Below are positions 1-7,765 of a stretch of DNA of 46,727 nt, piece by piece (within the stretch, counting starts at the first letter, position 1; each line of letters opens with the position of its first letter). The notes below the pieces were generated by a model. It did not search any database and was not told the origin of the DNA. It saw only the letters and a list, made by a program, of their open reading frames with translations. Source of the stretch: a virus; the IMG/VR virus record IMGVR_UViG_3300049435_000037; one strand, given 5' to 3'. The position numbers and the translations under genes were made by a program.

Positions 1-127
1 ATCTCAGCGCCGAAGAGGTAGCCGCACGCGTCATCGCAGCACTGGACGACAAGCGCGCCAAGACCCACAACCTCATCGTTGTGGGTCGCTTCGGTTTCGA
101 GGATCAGGAGGTGTTCCAGGCGGCCGT
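1..127. repeat. Terminal duplication: bases 1-127 are identical to 46601-46727 (circular or permuted genome written linearly)
   Basis: Base-by-base comparison of both ends shows an exact 127-nt match. The duplication lies inside an open reading frame. Confidence 0.95.
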
Positions 128-446
128 TGGCCCGCTGTCCACGCGGGCCGGCAAGGCTGCGCAGGCCGTGGGCGAGCGGTTCGCCTGGGACTACAAGAGC
201 AAGACCGGCACGGGGCGGTTCATGCTCTTGCCCCTGCTGCGTGATCCGGGAAGGGCCTGGGATTACGCCCGCACTCAGCGGGCTTTCCCGGAGGAGATCA
301 GAGATGATCTTGAAGCCATGGTGCGGGATCAGCTACCGCCCTGCTGCTGCGGGGCGCCGCTGGAGCGTCACCCCTCGACCACGTCGGCCGGGGACCGCAT
401 CACCGTCAACGTCTGCCCACGTCATCCGGAGGGAAGTCATGGCTGA
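1..446 (+). CDS. Hypothetical protein, 3' part of the junction-spanning gene (5' part at 46546-46727)
   Basis: The frame is open from base 3 and continues the frame seen at 46546-46727. Stop TGA 444-446 is embedded in ATGGCTGA with the next start. The C-terminus has a Cys/His cluster (PPCCCGAP...VCPRHPEG). Confidence 0.6.
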   Translation, partial: LSAEEVAARVIAALDDKRAKTHNLIVVGRFGFEDQEVFQAAVGPLSTRAGKAAQAVGERFAWDYKSKTGTGRFMLLPLLRDPGRAWDYARTQRAFPEEIRDDLEAMVRDQLPPCCCGAPLERHPSTTSAGDRITVNVCPRHPEGSHG

Positions 447-954
447 GGATCCGATGGTCCAAGCCGAAGAGATCATCAAGGACCAGGCCAGGAAGATCAT
501 GGCCAGCGCGGTCATGGAGGACGCCCGCCTGCTGCTCATGACCAACGTCGCGAACGCGGCCCCGGCGGGGGCCTTCGCCCTGTCCGCCGTGTCGGAGAGG
601 GGCCCGGTCTACATGGCCTCGGTCTGCGCCACCACGGTGCAGTTTGCCCACGGGATCTACACGAAGATGACCGGCATGCCCCGGGAGAGCGTCTTCGAGT
701 TGATGGACGAGCATGACGCCGAGGACGAGTGGCCGAACAGCGTGGCCCACGAGGTCGTCAGAGGCATGCTGGGCAGCAAGGAGGAGATGCTGGAGGCTTT
801 GCGGACCTTGACTCAGTTCGCGGAGAACGAGGACCGCCACGTGTCGGCCGGCGTCATGGTCCACATCGTGGCCTGCGCCGGGGAGCTTGTCTCCGGTCTG
901 TTCGACGCCATAGCGGTTCGGATGGACCTGGAGGTCGGAGAGGAAGAAGCATGA
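439..954 (+). CDS. Hypothetical protein (171 aa)
   Basis: ATG 439 is preceded by GGAGGGA. It overlaps the upstream stop, and its own stop overlaps the next ATG (ATGA). G/C-rich third positions. Confidence 0.75.
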   Translation: MAEDPMVQAEEIIKDQARKIMASAVMEDARLLLMTNVANAAPAGAFALSAVSERGPVYMASVCATTVQFAHGIYTKMTGMPRESVFELMDEHDAEDEWPNSVAHEVVRGMLGSKEEMLEALRTLTQFAENEDRHVSAGVMVHIVACAGELVSGLFDAIAVRMDLEVGEEEA

Positions 955-1832
955 CGCCGTTCGTACTGCCCGATCTCAACCGCCGGTGGGAGTGGCGAGC
1001 AGGCTGTCGGGGACTGCTGTCGGCAGTCTTCTTTCCGGACCCAGCGCGAGGGAAGGCTGACATCCCGCAGCCCATTCAGTGGGCCGCAGCCAAGAAGATT
1101 TGCTACCGGTGCCCGGTCTGGCTTGAGTGCCAGCGAGACAGCATGGGCGAGCGGGATGGCGTGTGGGGAGGGCTTGATCCTCTGGAGCGCAAGAAGATCC
1201 GCCGCCAGCGTGACCGCGAGGTCATGGTCATGCCCCGCCGGGAGCGGTACGCCATCGCCCAGTTCGTGGCCAAGGTCAAGAAGGACCACCTCTGGTCGGA
1301 AGTCAGCCGCATCGTCGGCTTGGGGGTGGGGGTGCTGATGGAGCTGGGTGAGCTGGCAACCCAGGAGCCTGACGCGGACGAGCCTGAGCGCAAGCCCAAG
1401 GCGGCGCCGGTCAACCGGCGGATCCCGATGACCACCGTCAACCGCATCATCCAGATGCGCGGGGCTGGACTGAGCCAGCGGGAGATCGCCAAGATCCTCC
1501 ACACCACCACGGCCACCGTGCGCAAGTACCTGGAGGCCGAGGACCCCAAGCTCATCTCCCCCAAGGCGATGCTCAGCTGGCCCGAGGATGCCCCGTCGGC
1601 CAGCCATGCCGACGGATGGGTCAAGCACAGCGGCCGGGTCATGAGCGCGGCATACAAGGGCGAGACCGAAGACGGCGAGTGGATCTCCATGAAGGTGCAC
1701 GTGGCCCGAGGGTCCGGGACTGTCGGCTGGTTCCGCAAGGATGACGTCCACCTCACCCGCAAGAACGTGGCCAAGGTGGTCATGGTGCGCAGCGACGACA
1801 ACAGGAGCCGCATCTATGGGAACACGGCGTAG
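951..1832 (+). CDS. WhiB-like Fe-S transcription factor fused to a C-terminal helix-turn-helix domain (293 aa)
   Basis: N-terminus has C-x(n)-CYRC-PVWLEC followed by GVWGG, the WhiB/Wbl signature. Mid-protein LSQREIAKILHTTTATVRKYL is HTH-like. ATGA coupling to the upstream gene. Confidence 0.85.
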   Translation: MTPFVLPDLNRRWEWRAGCRGLLSAVFFPDPARGKADIPQPIQWAAAKKICYRCPVWLECQRDSMGERDGVWGGLDPLERKKIRRQRDREVMVMPRRERYAIAQFVAKVKKDHLWSEVSRIVGLGVGVLMELGELATQEPDADEPERKPKAAPVNRRIPMTTVNRIIQMRGAGLSQREIAKILHTTTATVRKYLEAEDPKLISPKAMLSWPEDAPSASHADGWVKHSGRVMSAAYKGETEDGEWISMKVHVARGSGTVGWFRKDDVHLTRKNVAKVVMVRSDDNRSRIYGNTA

Positions 1833-1875
1833 CGCCCCCGAATCCTCAGTGCTTGGGTCTGGTGGCCCCAAGAAG

Positions 1876-2742
1876 ATGGAGCATGTCAGCTACTCCACCT
1901 TCTATTCGTGGTTCGAGTGCCCCAAGAAGGTGCAGCTGGCGAAGATCCAGAAGGCACCAGCGGTGCCGGCCTGGTGGTTCGCCGGTGGGTCGGCGGTCCA
2001 CGCCGCCACCGAGGAGTACGACCTGTGGACCCTGATGGATCCACTGACCCGTCCCACCTTCAAGCTGGTGGACGAGTTCGAGCGGGCGTTCGACGCCGAG
2101 GTCATGGACATCGAGTCACGCCACCCGGACCGGACCACCTGGCGTGCTGCGGGCAAGAAGGATGACCCCGAGACGTACGCCAAGTGGATGAAGCTGGGGC
2201 CTGTACTGGTGGGTAACTACATCCGCTGGAGGATGGCAAGCCCCGACTACGTCCTGTGGGAGACCCCCGACGGCAAGCCGGCCGTCGAGCTGGAGGTCAG
2301 CTGGCCAGGGTTCGTCAGCCCGGAGCCCTACCGGCTCCCGGTCAAGGCTTACCTGGACCGGGTCTTCAAGGACACCAGCAACGGCGACCTGGTCATCGTG
2401 GACATCAAGACCGGGACCAGGAAGCCGGACAGCCCCCTGCAGTTCGGGACCTACAACGCCGGGCTCAAGCTGACGTACGACGTCAGCGCCCGGTGGGGCA
2501 TGGCCTTCATGAACCGTGACGGGAAGCTGTCGACTCCGTTCGACATGGCCACCTACACCCCGGAGTACGTCAGCAAGCAGTACTCCCGGATGTCCATGGC
2601 GGTTCGGTACGACATCTTCCCGCCGCACGTGCACGGCGGATGCTTCCGGTGCGACGTGGCCACCAGCTGCTACGCGTACGGCGGCGACCTGTCCAACCTG
2701 TACGACCCGGACGACCCGCGCTATGACGGGCCACCCTTTTAG
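1876..2742 (+). CDS. Cas4/RecB-family PD-(D/E)xK exonuclease with Fe-S cysteines
   Basis: Motifs: VIVDIKTG (D-x-K), QFGTY (QxxxY), one N-terminal Cys (FECPKK) plus C-terminal CFRC-x5-C. Confidence 0.8.
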   Translation: MEHVSYSTFYSWFECPKKVQLAKIQKAPAVPAWWFAGGSAVHAATEEYDLWTLMDPLTRPTFKLVDEFERAFDAEVMDIESRHPDRTTWRAAGKKDDPETYAKWMKLGPVLVGNYIRWRMASPDYVLWETPDGKPAVELEVSWPGFVSPEPYRLPVKAYLDRVFKDTSNGDLVIVDIKTGTRKPDSPLQFGTYNAGLKLTYDVSARWGMAFMNRDGKLSTPFDMATYTPEYVSKQYSRMSMAVRYDIFPPHVHGGCFRCDVATSCYAYGGDLSNLYDPDDPRYDGPPF

Positions 2743-2752
2743 GAGAGGAACC

Positions 2753-3094
2753 GTGCACCTGCAGATCCTGTTCGCCAGTCTCGGCTTCGCCGCGCTGGCC
2801 ACCGCCCTCACCATGCTCGTCATGAACTACCACAGGCCACTCTTCTGGCTTGTCCTGGCCCTGGGAGTCGAGTCGTTCGCGCTGGAGGCCTACACCGTGG
2901 GCGCCACGTTCGACCTGGTCTTCGACTCGGCCATCAGCATGGGGTTCGTCGGTCTCTACTTCCGGTCCCAGATGAAGGTCAAGGCCTCTGGGGTCCACCG
3001 CAAGGTCGTCCACGACGACGACACCATCCAGGTCTCCATCAAAGAGATCATGAACATTCCGAAGCAGCGGAAGGGGGATGACGATGCCCGGTAA
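2753..3094 (+). CDS. Membrane protein (113 aa)
   Basis: GTG 2753 lies after AGGAGAGGAA. Three hydrophobic segments (ILFASLGFAALATALTMLV, LFWLVLALGVESFAL, ISMGFVGLYF). Confidence 0.7.
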   Translation: MHLQILFASLGFAALATALTMLVMNYHRPLFWLVLALGVESFALEAYTVGATFDLVFDSAISMGFVGLYFRSQMKVKASGVHRKVVHDDDTIQVSIKEIMNIPKQRKGDDDAR

Positions 3095-3263
3095 GAAGTC
3101 GAACAAGGACAAGTCGATGGCTGCCGACCTGAAGAAGCACCACGTCGAGCGCACCTCCGGCGCCTGCCCGTGGGGGTGTGGCCGGCAGGTCACCAACGGC
3201 GGCGGCGGTCTCATGCAGCACCTGAACGTGTGCCGTGGCAAGCGGTCAGTGATTTCGCGATGA
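3078..3263 (+). CDS. Small basic Cys/His protein, zinc-ribbon-like (about 60 aa)
   Basis: ATG 3078 or 3084 follows GGGGGA. Sequence has CPWGC...H..C. Its stop overlaps the next ATG (ATGA). Confidence 0.6.
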   Translation: MTMPGKKSNKDKSMAADLKKHHVERTSGACPWGCGRQVTNGGGGLMQHLNVCRGKRSVISR

Positions 3264-3511
3264 GCAAGTACGCCTTCGCCATCGAGGTGGGGGTGAAGAT
3301 CGCGGAGGCCCGCAGAGCGAAGGGGCTGACGCAGAAGGAAGTAGCCGACCACCTGGGCTTCCGCAACCACACCTCGGTAGCGTCCTGGGAGTCAGGGCGC
3401 TACACGATCTCCCTGCATGACGCCGTACTGCTGTGCGAATACCTGGACGTCACCGTCCCCTGGCTGGTGTCGGAGACGGTGCGTCTGGTCAAACGGGGCG
3501 AGAATGACTGA
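3260..3511 (+). CDS. XRE-family helix-turn-helix DNA-binding protein (83 aa)
   Basis: LTQKEVADHLGFRNHTSVASWESGRYTISL matches the HTH_3/XRE pattern. ATGA coupling. Confidence 0.8.
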   Translation: MSKYAFAIEVGVKIAEARRAKGLTQKEVADHLGFRNHTSVASWESGRYTISLHDAVLLCEYLDVTVPWLVSETVRLVKRGEND

Positions 3512-4283
3512 CCTACTTCAGTGCAGCCACCTGATGGTGGTGGGCGACGCACAGTGTCGCCTCTGCGGAGAGAGGAATGACGTGACGGATAACGACGGCG
3601 TTGACTGGGGCACGGTGGCCCAGAACCCCGATGCGGTGAACGCCACCCCTGAGGGGTACGGCGAGTCGACGGGGATGAACCCCAAGGTCAGCTACCCGGA
3701 GTACCCGGACAACCCGCACAACCACCGCTACACGATCAGCATCACCGGCAGCGGCGCTCCGATGATCGTGGTCCGTGGCAACACGGCCGCCGAGATGACG
3801 GCCGGACTCAACGAGCTGGAGGCGTACGGCGTCTTCGCCAACGTCGGAGCCGCACACGCGGCTCTGAAGGCCCAGGGCGCAGTCGGCAATGGCTTGGGTC
3901 CAGTGACCCCCGTTGTGCCGCTACAGCAGGCGCCAGTGGCCGCACTGCCCCCGGCAGGGCCTCCCGGTGGGTACGCCCCCGTCGGCCCCGCGCCGCAGCA
4001 GGGTGGCTGGCAGGGCAACCAGGCCGGCTACAACGGCCAGCAGCAGCAGCGTGGTGGCTACAACCAGGGCAACAGCGGCAAGGCCGAGCCTCAGCCGCAG
4101 CCCCCGGGCTGGCCGCGCGTCAACGCACGCACCGGCCCGGGCTTCGACGCGTGGAAGAACATGCGCGAGCAGTACAAGGACCAGTTCAAGGGCCTGATCA
4201 AGTGGGGCGGCAACGCCGACTACTGGATCGACCCGTCCATCGCTCAGTGGCTCCAGCAGCAGGGGTTCGCGGTCACGCCGTGA
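3504..4283 (+). CDS. Hypothetical protein with a Gly/Gln/Pro-rich low-complexity linker (259 aa; start uncertain)
   Basis: Long ORF with good codon bias. ATG 3504 overlaps the upstream stop. An alternative GTG about 3582 follows GGAGAGAGGAA. The GGWQGNQAGYNGQQQQRGGYNQG linker is followed by a conserved-looking C-terminal domain. Confidence 0.65.
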   Translation: MTDLLQCSHLMVVGDAQCRLCGERNDVTDNDGVDWGTVAQNPDAVNATPEGYGESTGMNPKVSYPEYPDNPHNHRYTISITGSGAPMIVVRGNTAAEMTAGLNELEAYGVFANVGAAHAALKAQGAVGNGLGPVTPVVPLQQAPVAALPPAGPPGGYAPVGPAPQQGGWQGNQAGYNGQQQQRGGYNQGNSGKAEPQPQPPGWPRVNARTGPGFDAWKNMREQYKDQFKGLIKWGGNADYWIDPSIAQWLQQQGFAVTP

Positions 4284-4606
4284 AGGTGACCTACCTGCTC
4301 TTCCTGGACAGCCGGGAGCGGGACGGGGTGGTCACGGGCTTGCGCGAGGAGATGCGCAGCCTGCGGCGCAGCCTCGTAGAGGGGGGTGAGCCGGATCTGG
4401 TCATGCCGTTCCGGCCCAACCTTGCCGTCCAGTGGCCCACACCCCTGCGGGCGTGGACCGGAGGCGCCATCGAGCCCGCTTCGATCATCCAGCTGGTGAC
4501 CGACGCACCCTTCGAGCATCCAGTCATGCTGGTGCTGCGGAGTGACCAGGACCATGCGTGGTCCTATCACCACATCTTCTACAAGCCTTCTGGAGAGGAG
4601 CTTTGA
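4280..4606 (+). CDS. Hypothetical protein (108 aa)
   Basis: GTG 4280 is in GTGA overlap with the upstream stop. Coding-type codon bias. Confidence 0.65.
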   Translation: MKVTYLLFLDSRERDGVVTGLREEMRSLRRSLVEGGEPDLVMPFRPNLAVQWPTPLRAWTGGAIEPASIIQLVTDAPFEHPVMLVLRSDQDHAWSYHHIFYKPSGEEL

Positions 4607-4608
4607 TC

Positions 4609-4812
4609 ATGCCCAAGGGACGCTGGCTGGCCATCGGTGTGGTGGTGGCGTTGTACTACGTCGTCGCCTTCACGCTGCCGACTCTGCTCAGCCGCATGCT
4701 CAACATCCACGACGTCTGGGCAACCACGCTGTTCATCGTGGGCCTTGGCCTGGCGGCCGGCTGGGCACTCATCCCCGCCATACGGGTGCCCGTCGACCCA
4801 GACGGCGAGTGA
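4609..4812 (+). CDS. Small membrane protein (67 aa)
   Basis: ATG 4609 follows GGAGAGGAG plus a GATC spacer. Two hydrophobic helices. Confidence 0.65.
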   Translation: MPKGRWLAIGVVVALYYVVAFTLPTLLSRMLNIHDVWATTLFIVGLGLAAGWALIPAIRVPVDPDGE

Positions 4813-4813
4813 G

Positions 4814-5662
4814 GTGTATCGACTCTCACGCCTGGTGAAGAGGGGTGCAGTCGGCGAGGAGCCGCTGCCCCCTCCTTTCACATCCTGGGCCAACCAGGGC
4901 ATCCGCATCCGTCGGGCGTCGGTGCACCTGTTCTCCGGCCAGTCGGGCAGCTTCAAGACGACAGTGCTACTGAACGCACTGATCAACATGAAGGTGCCCA
5001 CCCTGGCCTTCTCCACCGACAGCGACGACTCCACCGTGGCCTCCAGAATCCTGGGGATGACCACGCGGAAGGCGACCTCCGAGATGGAGGAGTGGCTATC
5101 GCCGTCCTCGCCCCACCTGGGCGAGGCGGCCAGGCTGCTGGAGCCGTACGACTTCATCCGCTGGGACTTCACCCCCGGCCCGTCGATGGACGACATCTGG
5201 AACGCGACGTACGCGTACGCCACCACCGAGGGTGTGTGGCCGGAGCAGATCCTCATCGACATCGCCTCCGACGTCGGTCACGACACCGGGGACGAGTGGG
5301 GGTCGCTGCGTGACCTGATGCGCCAGGCGAAGGTGCTGGCCCGGGAGACCAAGGCAGCGGTGCTGCTTGTCCACCACTGCGGCGACGCCTTCAACCCGAC
5401 CATCGACCGGCCCGTCCCTAGCAAGCGGGACGTCATGGGCAAGGTCTCGTTCCTGCCGGTGCTGATGGTCAACTTCGGCGTCGACACCAGCGGTGATCTG
5501 TTCTACGCCTGCGTGAAGAACCGGCACGCCAAGGCGGATCCAACCGCCCGGAGCTACCACCGCCTGCTGGTCGATGCGGCCAGCAGCTACGTGGGGGACT
5601 GGGTGCCAGGCCTGCATACCCGGCAGGCCTACCAAGGAGGAGAGGAGTGGTACGACTCATGA
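4814..5662 (+). CDS. DnaB-C-terminal / RecA-fold ATPase (replicative helicase-like)
   Basis: Walker A GQSGSFKTT; Walker B-like ILIDIASD; LLVHH strand. The layout matches DnaB/RepA-type ATPases. The start (GTG 4814 or 4835) is uncertain. Confidence 0.7.
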   Translation: MYRLSRLVKRGAVGEEPLPPPFTSWANQGIRIRRASVHLFSGQSGSFKTTVLLNALINMKVPTLAFSTDSDDSTVASRILGMTTRKATSEMEEWLSPSSPHLGEAARLLEPYDFIRWDFTPGPSMDDIWNATYAYATTEGVWPEQILIDIASDVGHDTGDEWGSLRDLMRQAKVLARETKAAVLLVHHCGDAFNPTIDRPVPSKRDVMGKVSFLPVLMVNFGVDTSGDLFYACVKNRHAKADPTARSYHRLLVDAASSYVGDWVPGLHTRQAYQGGEEWYDS

Positions 5663-5787
5663 GCGATCTCATCGCTGGCCTGATCTTCGGAACCGGAGCC
5701 GGCGTCGCCTACAAGGCGATCAGCTTCGTGTACGCCAGGTTTCTCGCCAGGTGGGAGAGAGAGGGTTCTGGTGACCCGACTGTCTGA
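5659..5787 (+). CDS. Possible 42-aa membrane peptide
   Basis: ATGA overlap with the upstream stop. Sequence MSDLIAGLIFGTGAGVAYKAISFVYARFLARW. It is below the ORF-track cutoff and overlaps the next gene by 17 nt. Confidence 0.35.
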   Translation: MSDLIAGLIFGTGAGVAYKAISFVYARFLARWEREGSGDPTV

Positions 5788-5977
5788 CATCGCCCTGCAG
5801 CTTGCCAAGACCGAGATGGAAGCCATGGACGCCATGGGCGTGGTGGTGGATGATCTGCGGGCGAAGGGCGCCACGCGCCAAGAGGCGCGCATCCTTATCT
5901 GCATCTACACCGAAGAGGCAGGCCATACCGAGCGAGCGCTGATGCTCTTCGATCTGGTCTGGGGGGAGGGGACGTGA
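5771..5977 (+). CDS. Hypothetical protein (68 aa)
   Basis: GTG 5771 follows GGGAGAGAGAGGG. Its stop is in GTGA overlap with the next start. Confidence 0.65.
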   Translation: MTRLSDIALQLAKTEMEAMDAMGVVVDDLRAKGATRQEARILICIYTEEAGHTERALMLFDLVWGEGT

Positions 5978-6213
5978 GGACTGTCATCCAGTACACGTTC
6001 GAGAAGGTGCCGCTGACCGTCAGCAAGACCGGCAAGTGTCCGGAGTGCGGCGAGCGGGTCAAGAGGGCGACGACCTTCTACCAAACGATCAACCCGTACA
6101 ACAAGACCGAAGACGGCCGGCCCAAGACGTACAAGGACATCTACCCGGAGCTGCAGGCCAAGGCTGACGAGTGGCGGAAGATCCCTCCGGTGCACGCACG
6201 GTGCGAGCCGTGA
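5974..6213 (+). CDS. Hypothetical small protein with CPEC...C motif (79 aa)
   Basis: GTGA coupling at both ends. Good codon bias. Confidence 0.7.
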   Translation: MRTVIQYTFEKVPLTVSKTGKCPECGERVKRATTFYQTINPYNKTEDGRPKTYKDIYPELQAKADEWRKIPPVHARCEP

Positions 6214-6473
6214 GTGACCTCCACTCCAAGCTGAGCCATGACCTGCCGGTCTACCAGATGGCTCGCACGCCCAAGCTGACCAGCAAGTATGTGACGCACG
6301 GCGACCGGCCGTACGTGTACATGGAGCGGTCCCAGAGCGGTCGGTGCTGGTGGTACTGGCGGATGATCCATCCGCTCTGGCCGGGCGCCACCGTCAACCA
6401 TGGGCCGTTCCTGAACCAGGGCATCGCGTGTGACGATGCCCGGACCTACATGGGCAACCGGAACTGGTCATGA
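6210..6473 (+). CDS. Hypothetical protein (87 aa)
   Basis: GTG 6210 in GTGA overlap; stop overlaps the next ATG (ATGA). Confidence 0.6.
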   Translation: MSDLHSKLSHDLPVYQMARTPKLTSKYVTHGDRPYVYMERSQSGRCWWYWRMIHPLWPGATVNHGPFLNQGIACDDARTYMGNRNWS

Positions 6474-7219
6474 AGCAGGCCACCATCCACGTGATGACCG
6501 GCCTGCCAGGCTCGGGCAAGACGACCTACGCGGATCGTCTGCTGAAGATGATCGCCCGGTCGCGGCGGGACTCCAGCAACGGGTGCGCGTACTTCGGCCT
6601 GGACGCCATCCGGGGCCACCCCAAGACCCAGGTCTGGCCCCGTCTGGAAGTCCTTCCTGACTGGGAGCGCATCTGCCTGAACATGCAGGAGATGTACCTG
6701 GCGTCCGTCCTCGTCGAGGGCGCCACGGCAGTGCTCGACAACACCCACCTGTGGCCGGAGCAGCTGGACAGCATGGTCGACACCGTCTGGGATACCTGCG
6801 ACCGGTACGGGGGTGTAGCGGTACCCAAGTTCGTGGTCCACGACCTGACCGACATCGGGCTGGAAGAGTGCATCAACCGCAACGCCCGGCGTAGCGACTG
6901 GGTGCACCCGGAGGTCATCTGGGAGCTGCACCACAAGCACCAAGAGGCGCGAGCCACCGGCTGGCGCCTCACTGCCGAGTGGCTGGATAGGAGCGTGCGT
7001 AGTGACGACACCGAATGGCAGGAAGGGGGCGGAGACAGAACGCAAAGTCGCGGCCTATCTCCGGACCTGGTTCCCGCTGGCCGACCGCGTACTGCGGCAG
7101 GGCCGCCGGGACGACAAGGGGGACGTGCAAGGAATTCCCTTCACGGCAGTGCAGGTCAAGTACTGGGAGTCCCCCAGGCTGCAGGCCTGGGTGACCGACA
7201 CCCTCAAGCAGCGCGATGA
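6470..7219 (+). CDS. P-loop kinase resembling the T4 polynucleotide-kinase kinase domain. The ORF reads 218 nt into the next gene.
   Basis: GLPGSGKTT Walker A, LDNTHL and ECINRNARR segments are laid out as in the Pnk kinase domain. After about residue 175 the translation becomes Arg/Gly/Pro-rich and looks out of frame. Confidence 0.7.
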   Translation: MKQATIHVMTGLPGSGKTTYADRLLKMIARSRRDSSNGCAYFGLDAIRGHPKTQVWPRLEVLPDWERICLNMQEMYLASVLVEGATAVLDNTHLWPEQLDSMVDTVWDTCDRYGGVAVPKFVVHDLTDIGLEECINRNARRSDWVHPEVIWELHHKHQEARATGWRLTAEWLDRSVRSDDTEWQEGGGDRTQSRGLSPDLVPAGRPRTAAGPPGRQGGRARNSLHGSAGQVLGVPQAAGLGDRHPQAAR

Positions 7220-7526
7220 AGCGGGCACCCCGCTCTGCCTGCTGGTCTCACGGATCAAGTACAAGCCCGAGGCCGAGTGGGACGCGTACATGCCGTCCCA
7301 CCAGATCAATCCCTCTCTGATCGTTCCGGAGGAAGAGGCGTGGACATGGCTGCGAATGGATCTCCGTCTGGCCGCAGCCGAACTCGTACGTCTGGCGGGG
7401 ATCTACGCGAACCGCTCCCCCTCGGGCCAGTCCTGGAACATTACGGGGTCTCCCTACGCGGTCAGCGAGGGGCGGGTCTATGTCCAGCCCATGGAGAACG
7501 ACGTGAATCCTTCTCCTACGATCTGA
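7002..7526 (+). CDS. PD-(D/E)xK Holliday-junction-resolvase-like endonuclease
   Basis: GTG 7002 lies 8 nt after AGGAG. Motifs GAETERKVAAYL, DDKGDV and VQVKYW (E/D...D...E-x-K layout). The last 40 or so codons look like an out-of-frame tail. Confidence 0.65.
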   Translation: MTTPNGRKGAETERKVAAYLRTWFPLADRVLRQGRRDDKGDVQGIPFTAVQVKYWESPRLQAWVTDTLKQRDEAGTPLCLLVSRIKYKPEAEWDAYMPSHQINPSLIVPEEEAWTWLRMDLRLAAAELVRLAGIYANRSPSGQSWNITGSPYAVSEGRVYVQPMENDVNPSPTI

Positions 7527-7765
7527 GCAAGGGCCTCTTCTGCTGCTTCGCCTGCGATGTGCGGGGGACAGCGATCGAACTGATCGTGGCCATGGAGGGG
7601 TGTGACCGTGCATCTGCCCACGACCGAGCAGAGGAAATTCTTCGAGCAAGCGGTGTCGCAGTACCAGAGCGATCTGCGTACGGATATCGCCGGCCAGGCG
7701 TATCTGACGAGCCGGGGAGTCAGCGCCGCCGCAGCCGCTACGTTCCGCCTGGGCGTGCTGCGTAA
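7346..7765 (+). CDS. DnaG-type primase, CHC2 zinc-finger part
   Basis: ATG 7346 lies 7 nt after GGAGGAAGAGG. CPAHGERRESFSYDLSKGLFCCFACDVRGTAIELI gives C-x2-H-x17-C-x2-C. The last 30 or so codons are Arg-rich and overlap the TOPRIM ORF. Confidence 0.7.
   Translation: MAANGSPSGRSRTRTSGGDLREPLPLGPVLEHYGVSLRGQRGAGLCPAHGERRESFSYDLSKGLFCCFACDVRGTAIELIVAMEGCDRASAHDRAEEILRASGVAVPERSAYGYRRPGVSDEPGSQRRRSRYVPPGRAA

Noticed and set aside
79-954. 291-aa ORF from GTG 79, and 367-aa ORF from 729.
   Set aside because: The upstream parts are out-of-frame read-through over neighbouring genes. The real starts are ATG 439 and ATG 951, which have SD sequences and stop-start coupling.
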